In this document: in pieces, positions 1-14,122 of the stretch
Layout of the letters: each line of letters begins with the position of its first letter
Numbering within the stretch: the stretch's first letter is position 1
Origin: the human T2T-CHM13v2.0 reference genome, Homo sapiens
DNA length: 64,000 nt
Reading direction: 5' to 3' (one strand)
Assembly (NCBI RefSeq): GCF_009914755.1
Contig: NC_060935.1
Translations under genes and position numbers: made by a program
Notes under the pieces: generated by a model
The model's input: only the letters and a program-made list of their open reading frames with translations
Databases searched by the model: none
Told to the model about the DNA's origin: nothing

Positions 1-269
1 CTCTCTCAAGTTCCTATTCCTGCACTAAGGGCATCTGGCTAACATCAAAGACACGGTGACTCGGCACTGACACCTCTTTGGAACAGCCATGTTCAAGGCA
101 CTGGAAGCATGAACCAGACCTCAGACCTGGACTGGCCCTCCAGGAACCTCGGGCTGGAAGGGATCAGATACCATCAACCAGTGAAAACAGCCCAGGGGGC
201 CCTCAACCAGGCTGAGGTAAGGGAAGGCTTCCCGGAGAAAGCAGCAAATTGAAAAAAGAAGTTCAGAGC

Positions 270-726
<457 letters not shown>

Positions 727-1865
727 GTTTGGAGGTTTAAGCCCCTCAGCTGCTATGACACATCACTGAGTCCTCATCCTCAGGAAGGCAGGGACCTGGC
801 AGAAGGGAGTGTCATCCTGTTGCGACAGCACAGCCAAGAGCTGAGGGGTTTCCCTCCTCTCCACCCTAATGGCCCAATCAGACTTCAGCACCCCCACACC
901 CCCATCCTGCCTCTCCTTCTCTCTCATGTCCCTCCAGCGTCTCTCCACTGTGCCAACTACAGTCCCACCCCCACTCAAAGCCTTTCCATGGTTCCCAGTG
1001 CCTTCGAGCACTCCTTGGTCTGTCATTCAACTTCATCCAGCTCTGACGTTTACAGACGAAGAAACAAACACCCACAGGGAGGAAGTGACTTGCTCAAGTT
1101 GTCAGTGACATACCCCAACCCCCAGCCAGGCTGGGCTGGCCCTGTCCATGACTTCCTCCATGTCACTTCTCACAGTAGGCACTGGCCTGGCAAACAGGGA
1201 GCCCCCAAAGTTGTCTGCTGACAATGAGTGAGTAAACCACATCCTCCCATCTTCAGGTGGCTCCAGGCCAGCTCCTCCAAAAAGTCTGCCCTGACTGCCC
1301 CCTCAAGCTCCTAGTCCTCTGAGGCTGAGCCCCATATCTCGGCACTGCTTCTGCTCTCTCTTTGGTTGCTTGTTTTGTGGGGGTCCACCTCCACCCAATC
1401 CCCCATGTATCCTGGAGTATCCTGAGAGTCCATACCCCTTCTTATCTCCTCTGCTGTCCACAGTGGTGCCCAGGACCTGGCTGGGCTCACAGGTGCACTC
1501 AGTCCCAGTCCAGAGGTAAGGGTCGCCTGGAATCTCTAATCCTTGTCAGCCAGTCCTTCTTCACGTCTGGCTTGAGTACTTCTTGCTGGAACCAAAACTT
1601 TTGCCCTTCTGTCCTCTACCTACCATTTCAACCCCAAGGTCAGAGTTCAAATCTCATCACCCCTTCTCTGTCCCAGCCCAGCAACTCCATGGTAATATCT
1701 CTACCCACTACTGACTAGTGACCTGTTTCACCGGCCCAGCAAGAAGATGACCCAGAGCCTTAGCCAAAGACAGGCACCCTCCAGCTTCCTTCTTTCCCTA
1801 AATGCACACCATTTGGCAACCATGTGCCCAGCCCCTGCTAGATTTTCTCCTTCATCTCATTTGTT

Positions 1866-2162
1866 CTTTTTTTTTTTTTTGAAACAGGGTCACTCTGTCA
1901 CCCAGGCTGGAGTGCAGTGGTGTGATCTCAGCTCACTGCAACCTCAGCCTCCTGGGCTCAAGTGATCCTCCTACCTCAGCCTCTCCAGAGTAGCTGGGAC
2001 TACAGGGGCATGCACCATGCCTGGCTAATATTTGTACTTTTTGTAGAGATGGGGTTTTGCCACGTTGCCCAGGCTGGTCTCGAACTCCTGAGTTCATGCG
2101 AGCTTCCCCTCTTGGCCTCCCAAAGTGCTGGGAGTACAGGCGTGAGCCACCGCACCCAGTCC
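1866..2162 (-). mobile_element. AluJ
   Basis: Full dimeric Alu; TSD ctcatttgttctt on both sides. Confidence 0.92.
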
Positions 2163-5100
2163 CTCATTTGTTCTTATAACAACCCTAAGGCCTGTGATTC
2201 TTCTCTATGTCAATGTCATGGAAGCTGTGTGAGGTAGAAACTCACCAGGTCACCTGCTGGAGCTCACGGGGCCTTCAGAGGACGTGACTGCTTCTGTCTG
2301 GTGAAGTAAGGGAGGCTTCTAGAAGGAACCCCTGACTTGGGCCTTGAAGGATAAGTAGGAGGTGGCCAGGTGGAGGCCATTCCAGGCAAAGGGGACTGGG
2401 TGTGCAAAGCCCAGGGACAGAAAAGGACCTGGTGAATTTGGCGACAGGAGATGTCAGTGGGGTGGGAACAGAAGATGTTTAGAGAGAAAGGCTCAATGGC
2501 TGGCCCTCCGTCACCTGCATAGTCTGCTGACCGTGTGGGTGTGGCTCTCTCTTGAGGCCTCCCTGAGCCTGTTTTGCATTCTGATTTGCATGAGTCAGCC
2601 CTGGATCAGGGCAGCCTTAAAGGTCCTAACCCTTTCCACACCCAGCTCTGGAGTCCTCTTGGCCAGGCCGCCTCCCCTGATTGCATCCTCAGCTCCCCTC
2701 CGCACAGGCCTCTGCCCTGGGTTCAAGGAAAGACCTAGCCCTATGGGGAGCAAGGAGGGGAGGAAGGCAGGCTAGGGGTCCTAACTGAGGCCTCAGCTTG
2801 TCCACCACCACCTCCCTTATACAGCCTCATCCCCTACCCTGGGCCCAGCTGTCCCAGCACAGGCAGGCAGGGCAGCGACCCCAGCATCCAGACCTCAGGA
2901 AACTCCTCGGAGCTCCCCAACAGGAACCAAGAACATACACAGCCAGCTCTGGCCAGGCCTGGGTCTACAAACCACACCCCACTGGTACCACAAATGCACA
3001 CCTCACACTACCTCAAGGGCCACACATCTCCCAGGGCCACACACACCTACCACCCCACCCAATGGCCACACCTCAGATCTGCCCTTTCCCACCACACACA
3101 GCTCCTACCAGCAATTCAACTGTGTGCAACAACCCCACAGCCCAATACCCCACCCTTGGCCCCCTCCCCGGCCCAGTCACCAGGTGATACCTCTGCATAG
3201 GGCCTCTTCGGTCTGCTGCCCTCCTGGGCCTTCTCCAGGCTCCGCTCACTCAGGCAAGAGTGTTAGAGGCACTTCCGCAGATATGAGGAACTAGTGGGGG
3301 CTGGGTTCCCAGCCCAGAGGGTGCAGAAGTGGCCCCCACGCCTCTGCAGAAGCCACCTCCCTCCAGCCCTGCCAGGAAAGGCAGCAGGTACAGCCTTCGA
3401 GTGGGCAGCTGACCGATCTCTGGGCCAAGCAGCCTATTTTCCATCTCTCGGGGACTGGTGGCCACCACATAACAGTCTCAGGAAGGCACACTGGGGTCTC
3501 CTGTCCTACCCCAGGCCGCATCTCTGCCCTATAACTCTCCCTGGCACCAGGAGATTCCTGTCCTGGCCCATGTGTGGTGTGGCCTGTCTTCTGGGGTCTC
3601 CGGAGTGCTGGTGGCTGATGGGGAGCAGCCCCTCAGGGCAGTGAGGACTGAGTGGGACCCCAGAGCCGGGGGAATGAAGAGCTGCCTCAGCTTGCTGGTG
3701 GGGAGTTGGGGGTCTATCAGCAATGTCCCTCGGCTCCAGGCCTGGGCCCCCTCCCCACCCAGTATGCAAGGCAAGTCTGGTTCCAGTCCTGGCTCCACCA
3801 TTTCTTGTCTGAAGCCTGGGGCAAGTCACATCACATTCTGAGCCTCAGTTTCCCCTCCACAAAGTAGAGCTGTCACTCCCTGCCTCCTAGAGCCTGGCAC
3901 CCAGATGACCATGACACGCCACCGCATGTGTACTGGAGGCCAGCGTGCTCTTCTGCTCACTCCTCTGCCGTCAGGCAGTCACTTCCTGTCCCCAGCCCTA
4001 AGGTCTTGGCTAGTCCTGACCCTGGGTGCTAGGCTTGTAGCCAGGCTCTGGGCTAGACTCCCTCCACATCCTGAGGTTCTCGGTTACCCCAGACACCAAT
4101 GACTACCACAGCCTACCTCCAGCCATGTCCCCCTGCAGAGCTCCAGACCAGACCTGACTTCACGGCATTCTGGACCTCCCCTGGAATGCCCTGGCATGGC
4201 ACACTCCCATCATACAATGAACTCACCAGCTCCCCTTGGGGACTGTGGGGAGCAGGGGGAGAAGAGCTGTCTCCAACCCAGGTGGGGCCTTTAGGCAAAT
4301 AAGAAAAAGATTCCTCTTCTTCCAGGAGCCCCACACCAAGGGAAGCAGCTGAGCAAGAAGAGGACAGGCTGGGTTTCAGTCCTCCTTCTTCTGGCCCTCA
4401 CTTCCCTACACCTGCCAGGCACCTTTGAGCAGTGCACAACACGCACACCCACACACAGTGGACCTGGTGGGAGGCAGGACCTTTTAACAACCTTCCTGCA
4501 GCAACCCTACCAGCATCACCCTAATAAAATGCTAAACCACAGTTTTATTAATGACTAAGGGACATGAAAGACCAAGGGACAGTAGGCATTGCTGACCCCA
4601 CTTTCAGGCCTCACGCTAACTCCAACCCCAATCTTGAAAGACTTTCACTTTCTACAACCTTCATGTCTGCACTGTTTCAAGTTTTCACAATTATCACTTT
4701 TATAATTAGAAAAAAATGATAAACATGTTTTAAGTCATTACAATTGAGTTTGTTCCAGTTTGCTCCCCAAAACCATCATTATAAGGTAGCTTTATCATTT
4801 AAGTATAACATGCATAGATTACTAACAGAACTATTATAAGAGAAACTGCTAATTTCCTAGGCCATCTGGATGGAAAATAAGAGACTGACACTCAAAGCCC
4901 CCTCCCTGCCCCCGACTTACCCTCCCAAGGGTCTAAGACAAAGCTAATCAAATAAGGTCTCCCTCCCAGGCACTGGTGGCCAGCAGCACAGAGCGCAGCC
5001 CTCAGACTTTCACATGGGAAATGGACTGAGGCTCATTAATAAACTCGAGACGCCAGGGTCCCCGAGGTTTGTCCTCAAGACACCATCAGACCCCACCCTG

Positions 5101-7059
5101 GCCCTGACTCTCACCTACCACACCTTAAGCCTCACCCAGGGGCCCCTCATGTCCAAGCCCCAACCCAAAAGAGGGTCAGGTAGGGAAGGAGGTGTGGGAT
5201 GACTCAGGAATGTCTAACATACCTCACTTGCAAATAAATGAAGCTGAAAGTTAAATGGTTTGGTTTTAGGCTTTGTCAAAAAGCCTATCACATACTATGC
5301 CCCTCTGGCCCCACCACATACCCCCGACCCCTAATGGGTCTGGGGACCCCTGCCGCTTCCCCCAACTCCTTCCTGTTTACCATGTTTTGGGCACACCCCT
5401 GCCCTGCATCCACACTGCCCCCATTCAACCCAGGCCCCTCAGCTTGCCTGGACTTCTGGGCCCTCACCGCTGCCTCCTGCCTCTGCCCCCTGCAACCAGG
5501 ACATACTCTAGCCCACCGGGCTCATCTAATACATGGCATAGCTCCTGACCCCAACCCTCCACAGCCTCACCCCAGGACCCTCCCCACTCTCCCAGTCCTC
5601 ACCCTCGGCCTAGCTCAGGCCCTTCCCACTTAGAAAGGTGACTCAACCAGCCCCACACCTACAGAGACCTGGGGCGCTCCCACCACCAGCAAGACAGGGC
5701 TCTGGCCTGGCTCCCTGGCCCTCAGGCACAGACACACTCTACAGGGGCTGGGGACTTCCTGTGGCAACTCCTCCCACAGAGGGCAAGGGGCAGCCTGAGG
5801 AGCCACAGGATGACTCCAGGAAGATCCTCCTGTGACCACTGCCCCCAGCGGGAGCAGGAGGGGGACTCCGAACACCATAAATGAGGCAGAAACAGGAAGA
5901 GACAGGGCTGACCGCAGCAGGGTGGGAGTGCACAGGGCTGACCACAGAATCACAGGCAGCGGGAGTGGACAGACCCAGTGACACCAGCACTCAAGATACA
6001 GACCCTCACCACGTGCCCTGGGGGCCGAGGGCCAGCACCCACCCTGCCCCAAGAGGGAAGGGGAGGCCGCCAACTGACTCCTCTGTGAGCTCACTGGAAA
6101 CCTAAAGCTCCTGCCCACCAAGGAGGAGGGACTTGGTGGGCTCCTCTGTACCCCAGAACTAGGGGTGCAGGGGAACAGGGACCCAGACCTGCCTACTCTC
6201 TAGATGGCCCCTGGAATGCAGAAGACAGAAAATAAGGGGGTCCCTTACTGCTGGCACGTGAAAGGGGAAGCTGCCTGTGTTGGCTGGAGAGGGTGACCAC
6301 ATGGGTGGGGCCGGGACTAGGGTCAGAAGGGAAAGAGGGAGACAGGGGGACCAGCCCCACAGGCTTTGGCCTCCAATTTGATGTGTGACCTCAGTCTCCT
6401 GACTATAATCAGACAACAGCTAGGGAAGACTCCCTGACTCAGTCTCCCTCTCGATTCTCCAGCAGGCCCACAGGGAGCCCTGGAACTTGCTCACCTGATC
6501 CGGCCACCCCTGCTTGCAGCAACAAAAGGTCGTGTTTATGCAGTGCTTACCGTCTACCCAGCACCACACTAAACATATCACATGGATTGCCTCATAAAAT
6601 CCTTCCAACAACCTAGCAAGCAGGTGGCTTCAGGCCATGTTACAGATTAGGAAACAGCCTCAGAGAGGTTAAGTAACTGGCTCAGTCACTCAGGAGCCAG
6701 AATCTGTATCAAGGGTCCTCTCAAGGGGACAGCGTGAAGACAGGTAAGGCCCAGGGAGGAGAAGGGGAGGTTAAGTGATAGAGGGAGAGGGAGGCTGAGT
6801 GCAGACTGAGAAGGGCCTTGAAGGCCATGCTAAGACCCCGATCCTTACTGTCCAGACAACAGGAAGTCATGGAGGACAGCAGGGTGCTCTGGTGATGGAG
6901 CACACTGTGACAGACAGGCAGCAGGCAGGGGTTCCTCCTGCTGTGGGATTTGGGAATTCAACTAACTTCTCTGAGCCTCAGTTTCCTCATCTGTGTAATG
7001 GAATTAGGATAGCTCCACCTTGCAGGCTTGTGAGGGAGGGATGAAGCAGATCTCAAATC

Positions 7060-7500
7060 TGATCAGTTCTCACTCCCCAGTGACTTGCCACCTCCCTCAG
7101 AGTAAAAGCCAAAGCTAGCAGCCGGCCTGCCAGGCCTGTGCAACCTGTCCCTGTGTGCCCCCACTCAACTGCTGGGTCCCGAGCTCCTTCTGGCTGGAAT
7201 GTTCTTGCCCAGGCATCTCCATGACTCCTCATACCCATTCGGGCACCTCCTCAAATGCAAGGCCTTTCTTCCCTGACCACTCTATCCTAAAAAGCACCCC
7301 ATTAGCCTCTATCTCCTTACTCTGTTTCCTTTTTCAGCATCCCACTTATCACTACCGGACACTGCCTTATATGGATATTTGTTAAAGTCAGACTCTTTAA
7401 CTGAGAGGCACAGACTTTGTCTTATTCACAGTTGTATCTTCCATGGCTAGGACAACGTCAAGAAAATGCTCAATCGATAATATTTGTGAAATGTATGAAT
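7060..7500 (+). mobile_element. L2 3' fragment
   Basis: Typical L2 tail: ctggaatgttcttgccc...ggcctttcttccctgaccac...ttattcacagttgtatc...aatatttgtgaaatgtatgaatg. Confidence 0.7.
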
Positions 7501-9108
7501 GGAAATCTACAAAGGCCTGGCTTGCAGGCATATTGAGCAGGCACTCAATATGTGGCACCTTCCAGTGTTTTCAGCCTTTGCTGCCCACCCTTCTGAAGTG
7601 CCCCCACCCCCAACCCCCACCTCAAATCCCTCCCCAGGGAGCCTCCTGAGCCACAGCGGCTGTGGCTGGACACACACACGGAGGCAAGAAGAGGGTGGCC
7701 AGGGGCAGGGTCTGCAGAGGGTTGGACTGGGAGGCCTTTGGTCAGGGCCTGACCCCAGCTCACCCTGCTCAGGAGGCTTGGGACAGGGGCTGCCTGGAGA
7801 GATGGGCAGAGTGAGGGAGAGTTGGAGGAGGCAGGTGTCAAGGTTCAGCCTGGAGGTCTAGGAGTTGGAGATTGACTCTGAGGCTCCCCGGCACCCTCCA
7901 TGGCAAGGCCTGTCCCTTCTTTTGACCTCTGAGGCTGCCCCAGCACTTCCTGCTGGACCGGCCCCTTAAACACTGCTGGGGATGCCCTCACCCACACAGG
8001 GGAAGTGTGACTCTCAGTCCCCCTCAACCATTCCCCAGACCAGGGCAGAACCACCCCAGACTTCTAGGAGTCTCTGAGACCAACCCCCAGCCCTCAGGCA
8101 GGGGCTACCTCTCCTGCCTGCCTACCCCTTGCCTGACCCCCCATTACCCAGTGGGGCTCAAGGGGCTTCCACCCACTGGCTCCTGCCACCTGCCCCTCCC
8201 CTCTGGTCTCATTTCCTCCACTCTCACGCTCCAACACCAGGGCTTCACCACCAAGCCTTTGCTTACCCGGTTCCCTTTGCCTAGAACATCTTTCTCTACC
8301 TCACCCTGCAAGCTCAAGTGCCACCTGCTTGAGGAAGCAGTCTCCGACTCCCACAGTCACAGCCCTGATCACACCAGATGTCACCATCTGTGACTGTGTG
8401 TGTCACCATCTGTGACTGTGTCTGTCACATACATACTCTCTTACCCCCAACCCTGGCTGGGTGCTTTCTCAGGCAAGACCAGGGATACCTGTGTCCCAAA
8501 GGTGGCACACAGTGAATATCTGTTGACTGAACGAACATTTCCCAATTTTACACATGGAGAGCCAGGCAAATGACAACTTGCCACTGCAAATCAGTGGCCA
8601 AAGTGTGGCCAGAACCCAGCCTCCAGCCTCCCAATACGAGGTGCCTCCCATTCCACCCAGTCCCACCCAGTTATAGTTCTACTATAGTTCTACTACCCAG
8701 CCCTGCCTTCTCGACCAGTACCACACAACCCAACCACCTGCTCCTTAGGCACTTAGGAACCACCAAATCAACCTTCCACATTTCTAGAAATGAAAGTAAG
8801 TCCCAGTCCCAGAAGGGGCAAGAACCTAGCCAGGGCCGCACGGGCAAGTCAGGACCATGACTCAGACCTTGGCCCCCGAGCCTGAGCTCAGATATCTCCA
8901 GCAGCCTGTTCCTTGGAAGAACTGGGGAGGGGGCCTCAGGCAACATTAGAGATACTGGAGCAACCTCCCTCCCCCGTCCCCCACATATCTCCAAGTGGGC
9001 TAAGCCAGTTCTGCACTGAGAAATGTGGGTTTTCAGGCCACAGGCAGTAGAGGCAAATGAGTGTCCTGGTTCATGTCCGTGGAACAGAAACTGGAACAGA
9101 ACCACTAG

Positions 9109-9740
<632 letters not shown>

Positions 9741-9892
9741 ACCCGAGAGACCAAGTTTCAAGTGGGTGAAAGCCTTGCCCAGCTCACACATCAAGGGGTG
9801 CAGAACTGGGCCCCTCCTACCCCAACCCATGAGGAATGCTGACCATACCCGCATGGAGTACCCACTGGAGGGATGTGCTGCAGGCTGGGGCT

Positions 9893-10077
9893 GGGAAGCA
9901 CGACCCCGCCAGGAGCCTGGCCAGGCAATCTTCCAGGAGACACTCCTGTGTCCCAAAGGGCACCTGTGTCATGTCTCAAAGGTGGAGAGGACCAGGGGCC
10001 ACACCTGGAATCTTGGCTGTCAGTGCCCTTCTCCTGGACGACTGCCTGGCTGGGCTCCTGGCTGGGTTGTGCTTCTC
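9893..10077. repeat. 48-bp non-Alu inverted repeat (arms 9893-9940 and 10030-10077)
   Basis: gggaagcacgaccccgccaggagcctggccaggcaatcttccaggaga versus the reverse complement of arm 2, gagaagcacaacccagccaggagcccagccaggcagtcgtccaggaga: 41/48 identical. Confidence 0.9.
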
Positions 10078-11396
10078 TGAGGGGCAGAGCTGCTCCTGAC
10101 CCGCAGCCTCTTGAGTGCAGCTGCTGTGCCCACAGGCCCAGACAGCACGGGAAACAGCTAGGGATGGTAGCTCCTAAGTCCCTCAGTCAAGCCCAGCCTT
10201 CTATACCCTAAGGCAGAGCAATACGTCCCCTCAGGCTCTTGATCTCTGTCCACCACCTTCTGCAGAGGCTCCTGAGCCTGGCTCTGACCCTTCAAGGCTT
10301 AACCTTGGTCTGCTGAGCCACATCCCATACTGGCCCTGATGGCCAGCAGTGTGACCCTGACCTTGCTCTTTGAATTAGCCAGCCACCAGCCCTCCCCAAC
10401 CCCGCCCTAGTGTCCACGGGAACAGCCCCACTACAACCCGTGAATGCAGAGGGGGCCTGGCCCATCTCTCCCCACTGCCAAGATAACTGAGTGCCCCTCT
10501 GCTACCACCTAGTCTGCAGGGTTCCCAGATTTCTTGAAGGGGAGACAGCCGGGTGTGTGCTGGGGGTGGTAGATGCAGGGAGCACCCGGCACCTGGAGAT
10601 CAGCTGTGCCTCTGACCCACCAGCCAGCACTGAGAAACTCTCCAGGCCTCAGCCGTCTGCACCAACCAGGCTGAAGCACGGCACATGCCCCAGCCTCAAC
10701 TTGGGGGTGACCCAGCCCAATTCGAGGCTTTTTAGGCTCTCGGAACCTAGAATTTCGGAAATTCAGAAGCTGGGACTCACAGGCACATAAAACCCTAAAA
10801 TCCTCGAATCTCACCAGCCTAGAATCTCAGACTCAGAATCTTAAAATTCTAGCTGCTCAGTGTGAAGAGAAGGGAGTGGAGAGGAGTGGAACAGCCCCCT
10901 CCCCCCAACCCCCTCCCCCTCTCACCTGCCCAATTTGGTTGGTTTCTGTCCTGACCTGTTCACAACTGGGGGCTGGTAAGCCTGGGGGATCCCCAGAGTC
11001 GCTCCTTACTGCCCCTCCCTGAAGCTCCAGGGAAGTTGAGTACAGTAAAGATAAATGCCCAGCCAAAGGTCTCTCACTGAGCTAGAGGCCTGAGGCAGAC
11101 CCTGGGTTCCTGACTCTGCACCTGACTACAGGCAGACCCCTGCCCTATGCATTATGGGTTGGGGAGGAGAGAGGGGGATGCCCAGGGTGGGGCAGTGCTC
11201 GCTGGGCCAGTAGGAAAGCTGGCAGGGGAGACCCTGGCACCTGGAAAGCCGAAATGCAGTGGCAGCTCAGCCTTGCTCCTGGTCTTCTGTCCCGGGGGTT
11301 AAGCCACCCCAGCACTGGCCTGGCCAGAAGGAGGCAGGGCCAGCCCAAGCTCCCCCAGGGCCACTGACAGCCAAGATTCCAGGTGTGACCCCTGGT
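9991..11396. repeat. ~39-bp inverted repeat (9991-10029 and 11357-11396)
   Basis: accaggggccacacctggaatcttggctgtcagtgccct versus reverse complement accaggggtcacacctggaatcttggctgtcagtggccct: 1 substitution and 1 indel. Confidence 0.92.
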
Positions 11397-12249
11397 TCTG
11401 CCCTGAGAATGGGGATAGAGAAGTGGCCCTCCTGATCTTCTCCCACCCTCTTGCCTTTACCGTTGCCCTCACAACAGTGAGGATAAGGACAGGAGGGAGA
11501 TTTTAACACATCCCCTCAGGGAGGACTCTCTGATGCCTTAATCTTCCTCTAGGCCCCTCTGACCCTGAGCCCCACACACTGGACCATAGGTGGTCCCTGT
11601 CTCTGGGCTCTAGAACCATGTTTCCAGGGTTGTTCAGTTACTGACACCCTGCTGTAGCAAAGCCCCAGCATCCCAACAGGATCAGGTTCCTGGTTTGGTC
11701 AGGGAGAAAAGACTTGGACCTTGTAACAAGGCAGTGTGGGCAGGGTCTGAAGGAAGCTCAACACTTCAGGAAGCCCCAACCAGGCCTCAAGCAGAGAGGT
11801 AGAATGCAGGCCTCAGAGCGCCCTGCCGGGGTTCCAGGGCCTGCTCTTGCTTTCCTTGGCTGAGAGACTGCAGGCAAGTCACCACCTTCTACTGGCCTTA
11901 GTCTCATCAGCAAAATGGGGTCTGGGAGAACCACTGTATGAACAAGAGCCAAGGTGGATAGGACAATAGCAGAAACCAAACCTCCACAAGACGCTTATCC
12001 CAGGGCCAGGGCCACGGGGGCTCAGGATTTGACGGCAATTAGTCCCGTCTGCAAGCAGGATACCCCTGTACCCTTGAGGGCACCCCAGATCCACAGTTGG
12101 TCACCAGCAATGTCACCTGACCAGGTGGCCCTCTAGTCTCTGCCTATCACTGACTAGGCATTCCCAGGGTAGGACTGGGTTTAGATCTCCTCTGTCTGCA
12201 ATGCCTCCCAGTGCTTGTGGTTTTCACTGTGAAGCAATGGAAATGTAGA

Positions 12250-12460
12250 TTCCCAGCTATTCTATGTAATGGATGATCTTGGACAAATCACTTAACTTCT
12301 TGGGACCTCAGTTTCCTCATGTGGAAAATGGGAATGGTGCCTACCTCAGAAGACTATTTTGAGGATTAAATGAATTCAGTATATAAAGTGCTTAGCACAC
12401 TGCCTGGCACATAGTCAGCTTCCAAGAAACAATAGCTACTGCTACTATTATTACTACTAT
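12250..12460 (+). mobile_element. MIR
   Basis: MIR core cctcagtttcctcatgtggaaaatggg...gaggattaaatga...aaagtgcttagcacactgcctggcacatag. Many further MIRs are present but not listed. Confidence 0.85.
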
Positions 12461-12475
12461 TAAATAATGATTTGT

Positions 12476-12777
<302 letters not shown>

Positions 12778-13838
12778 TTATTGAACTGGTCACTTAACTC
12801 CACGTCCCCTCCCAGCCACTCTTTGACTGTCCCAGTGGCCTAGGACAGATAACCTAACTATGGGACAGGCTCTTCCCCTCTGTACTACGGCCCAAGGATG
12901 AGAAAAAGAGACATTCCACAGGAAGACCATGTGGAACACAATCCATGCATTGCCCCCCACCATCTTTCACATCTGGGGTCATCTGCCTCCAGGTGGGACT
13001 GTCCTCCTCAGATCCCTGGTTGGAATGCACATACAGTCTGGGGGCCTGGCCAGGGGTAGGGGAAGGTGGAAAAAATGTTATCTCTGATCAGAGCTGGGGA
13101 CACTGGGGTTGATTCAGCGGCAGCCTCTGAGTTTTGTGGGGCATGCACATTGGATGGGGATGTCTCCCCACCCACCAAATCCTCATGCTGTTCAGAACCC
13201 TGGAGTGGCCACCCTTAGCACAGAACTCCTTTCTAAAACATAACACCTCTCTGCACAGGGCTGTGGAGGGTGCTGACTCTAACCTGCCCAAGACCAGAGA
13301 AAGAAATGAGAAGAGCTGCCCGAGGGACTGGACTCTGCTCCAGAGCAGGGACTGGGTCAGCTTAGCTGGGGTCACACACTGTTCAAGGCTGCCTCGGTCA
13401 CCACCCGGGGAAAGCACCTCACTCAGCCCTGGGAGGTGCTCAAAGAGTAAGATCAAAGTGAAGTCAGACAAAGGAGGCAATGAACACCTGGGTCCTGACC
13501 CTGTCTCTCTACCACCCTCCCAATGTATTCTTACACAAGTTACTTAGCCTCTCTGTGCCTCAGTTTCCTTATCTGTAGAATGTCACCTAATTTCTTGGGT
13601 TATTGGCAGGGTGGAATTGGTTAATATGGATAAAACTTTACAACAGTGCTATAGGCATGTTTGCTGACCTCATTCTCACTGATGTTATTACTCAGCTTTC
13701 TCTAAGGCTGTTACTTCCACTATGATATTGGAGGGTGATGGTCGTCTTATGCTCTTATGCAATTATGTAAATCATTAGATGACAAATGTGCAGTGTCCAG
13801 CACACAGCAGGTACTCAACAAAGAATGTTCCCTCTCCC

Positions 13839-14122
13839 AGCCGGGAGTGGTGGCTCACACCTGTAACCCCAGCAGTTTGGGAGGCTGAGGCGGGCAGATC
13901 ACGAGGTCAGGAGATTGAGACCATCCTGGCTAACAAGGTGAAACCCCGTCTCTACTAAAAATACAAAAATTAGCCAGGTGTGGTGGCGGGCGCCTGTAGT
14001 CCCAGCTACTCAGGAGGCTGAGGCAGGAGAATGGCATGAACCCAGAAGGTGGAGCCAAGATTGTGCCACTGCACTCCAGCCTGGGCAACAGAGCAAGACT
14101 CCGTCTCAAAAAAAAAAAAAAA
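13839..14122 (+). mobile_element. AluY-like with small internal deletion
   Basis: ccatcctggctaaca and gagaatggcatgaaccc diagnostics; TSD gttccctctcc. Confidence 0.9.

Noticed and set aside
10730-10850. Degenerate (ctagaat)-like periodicity
   Set aside because: Low-complexity, likely decayed simple repeat with no consistent unit.
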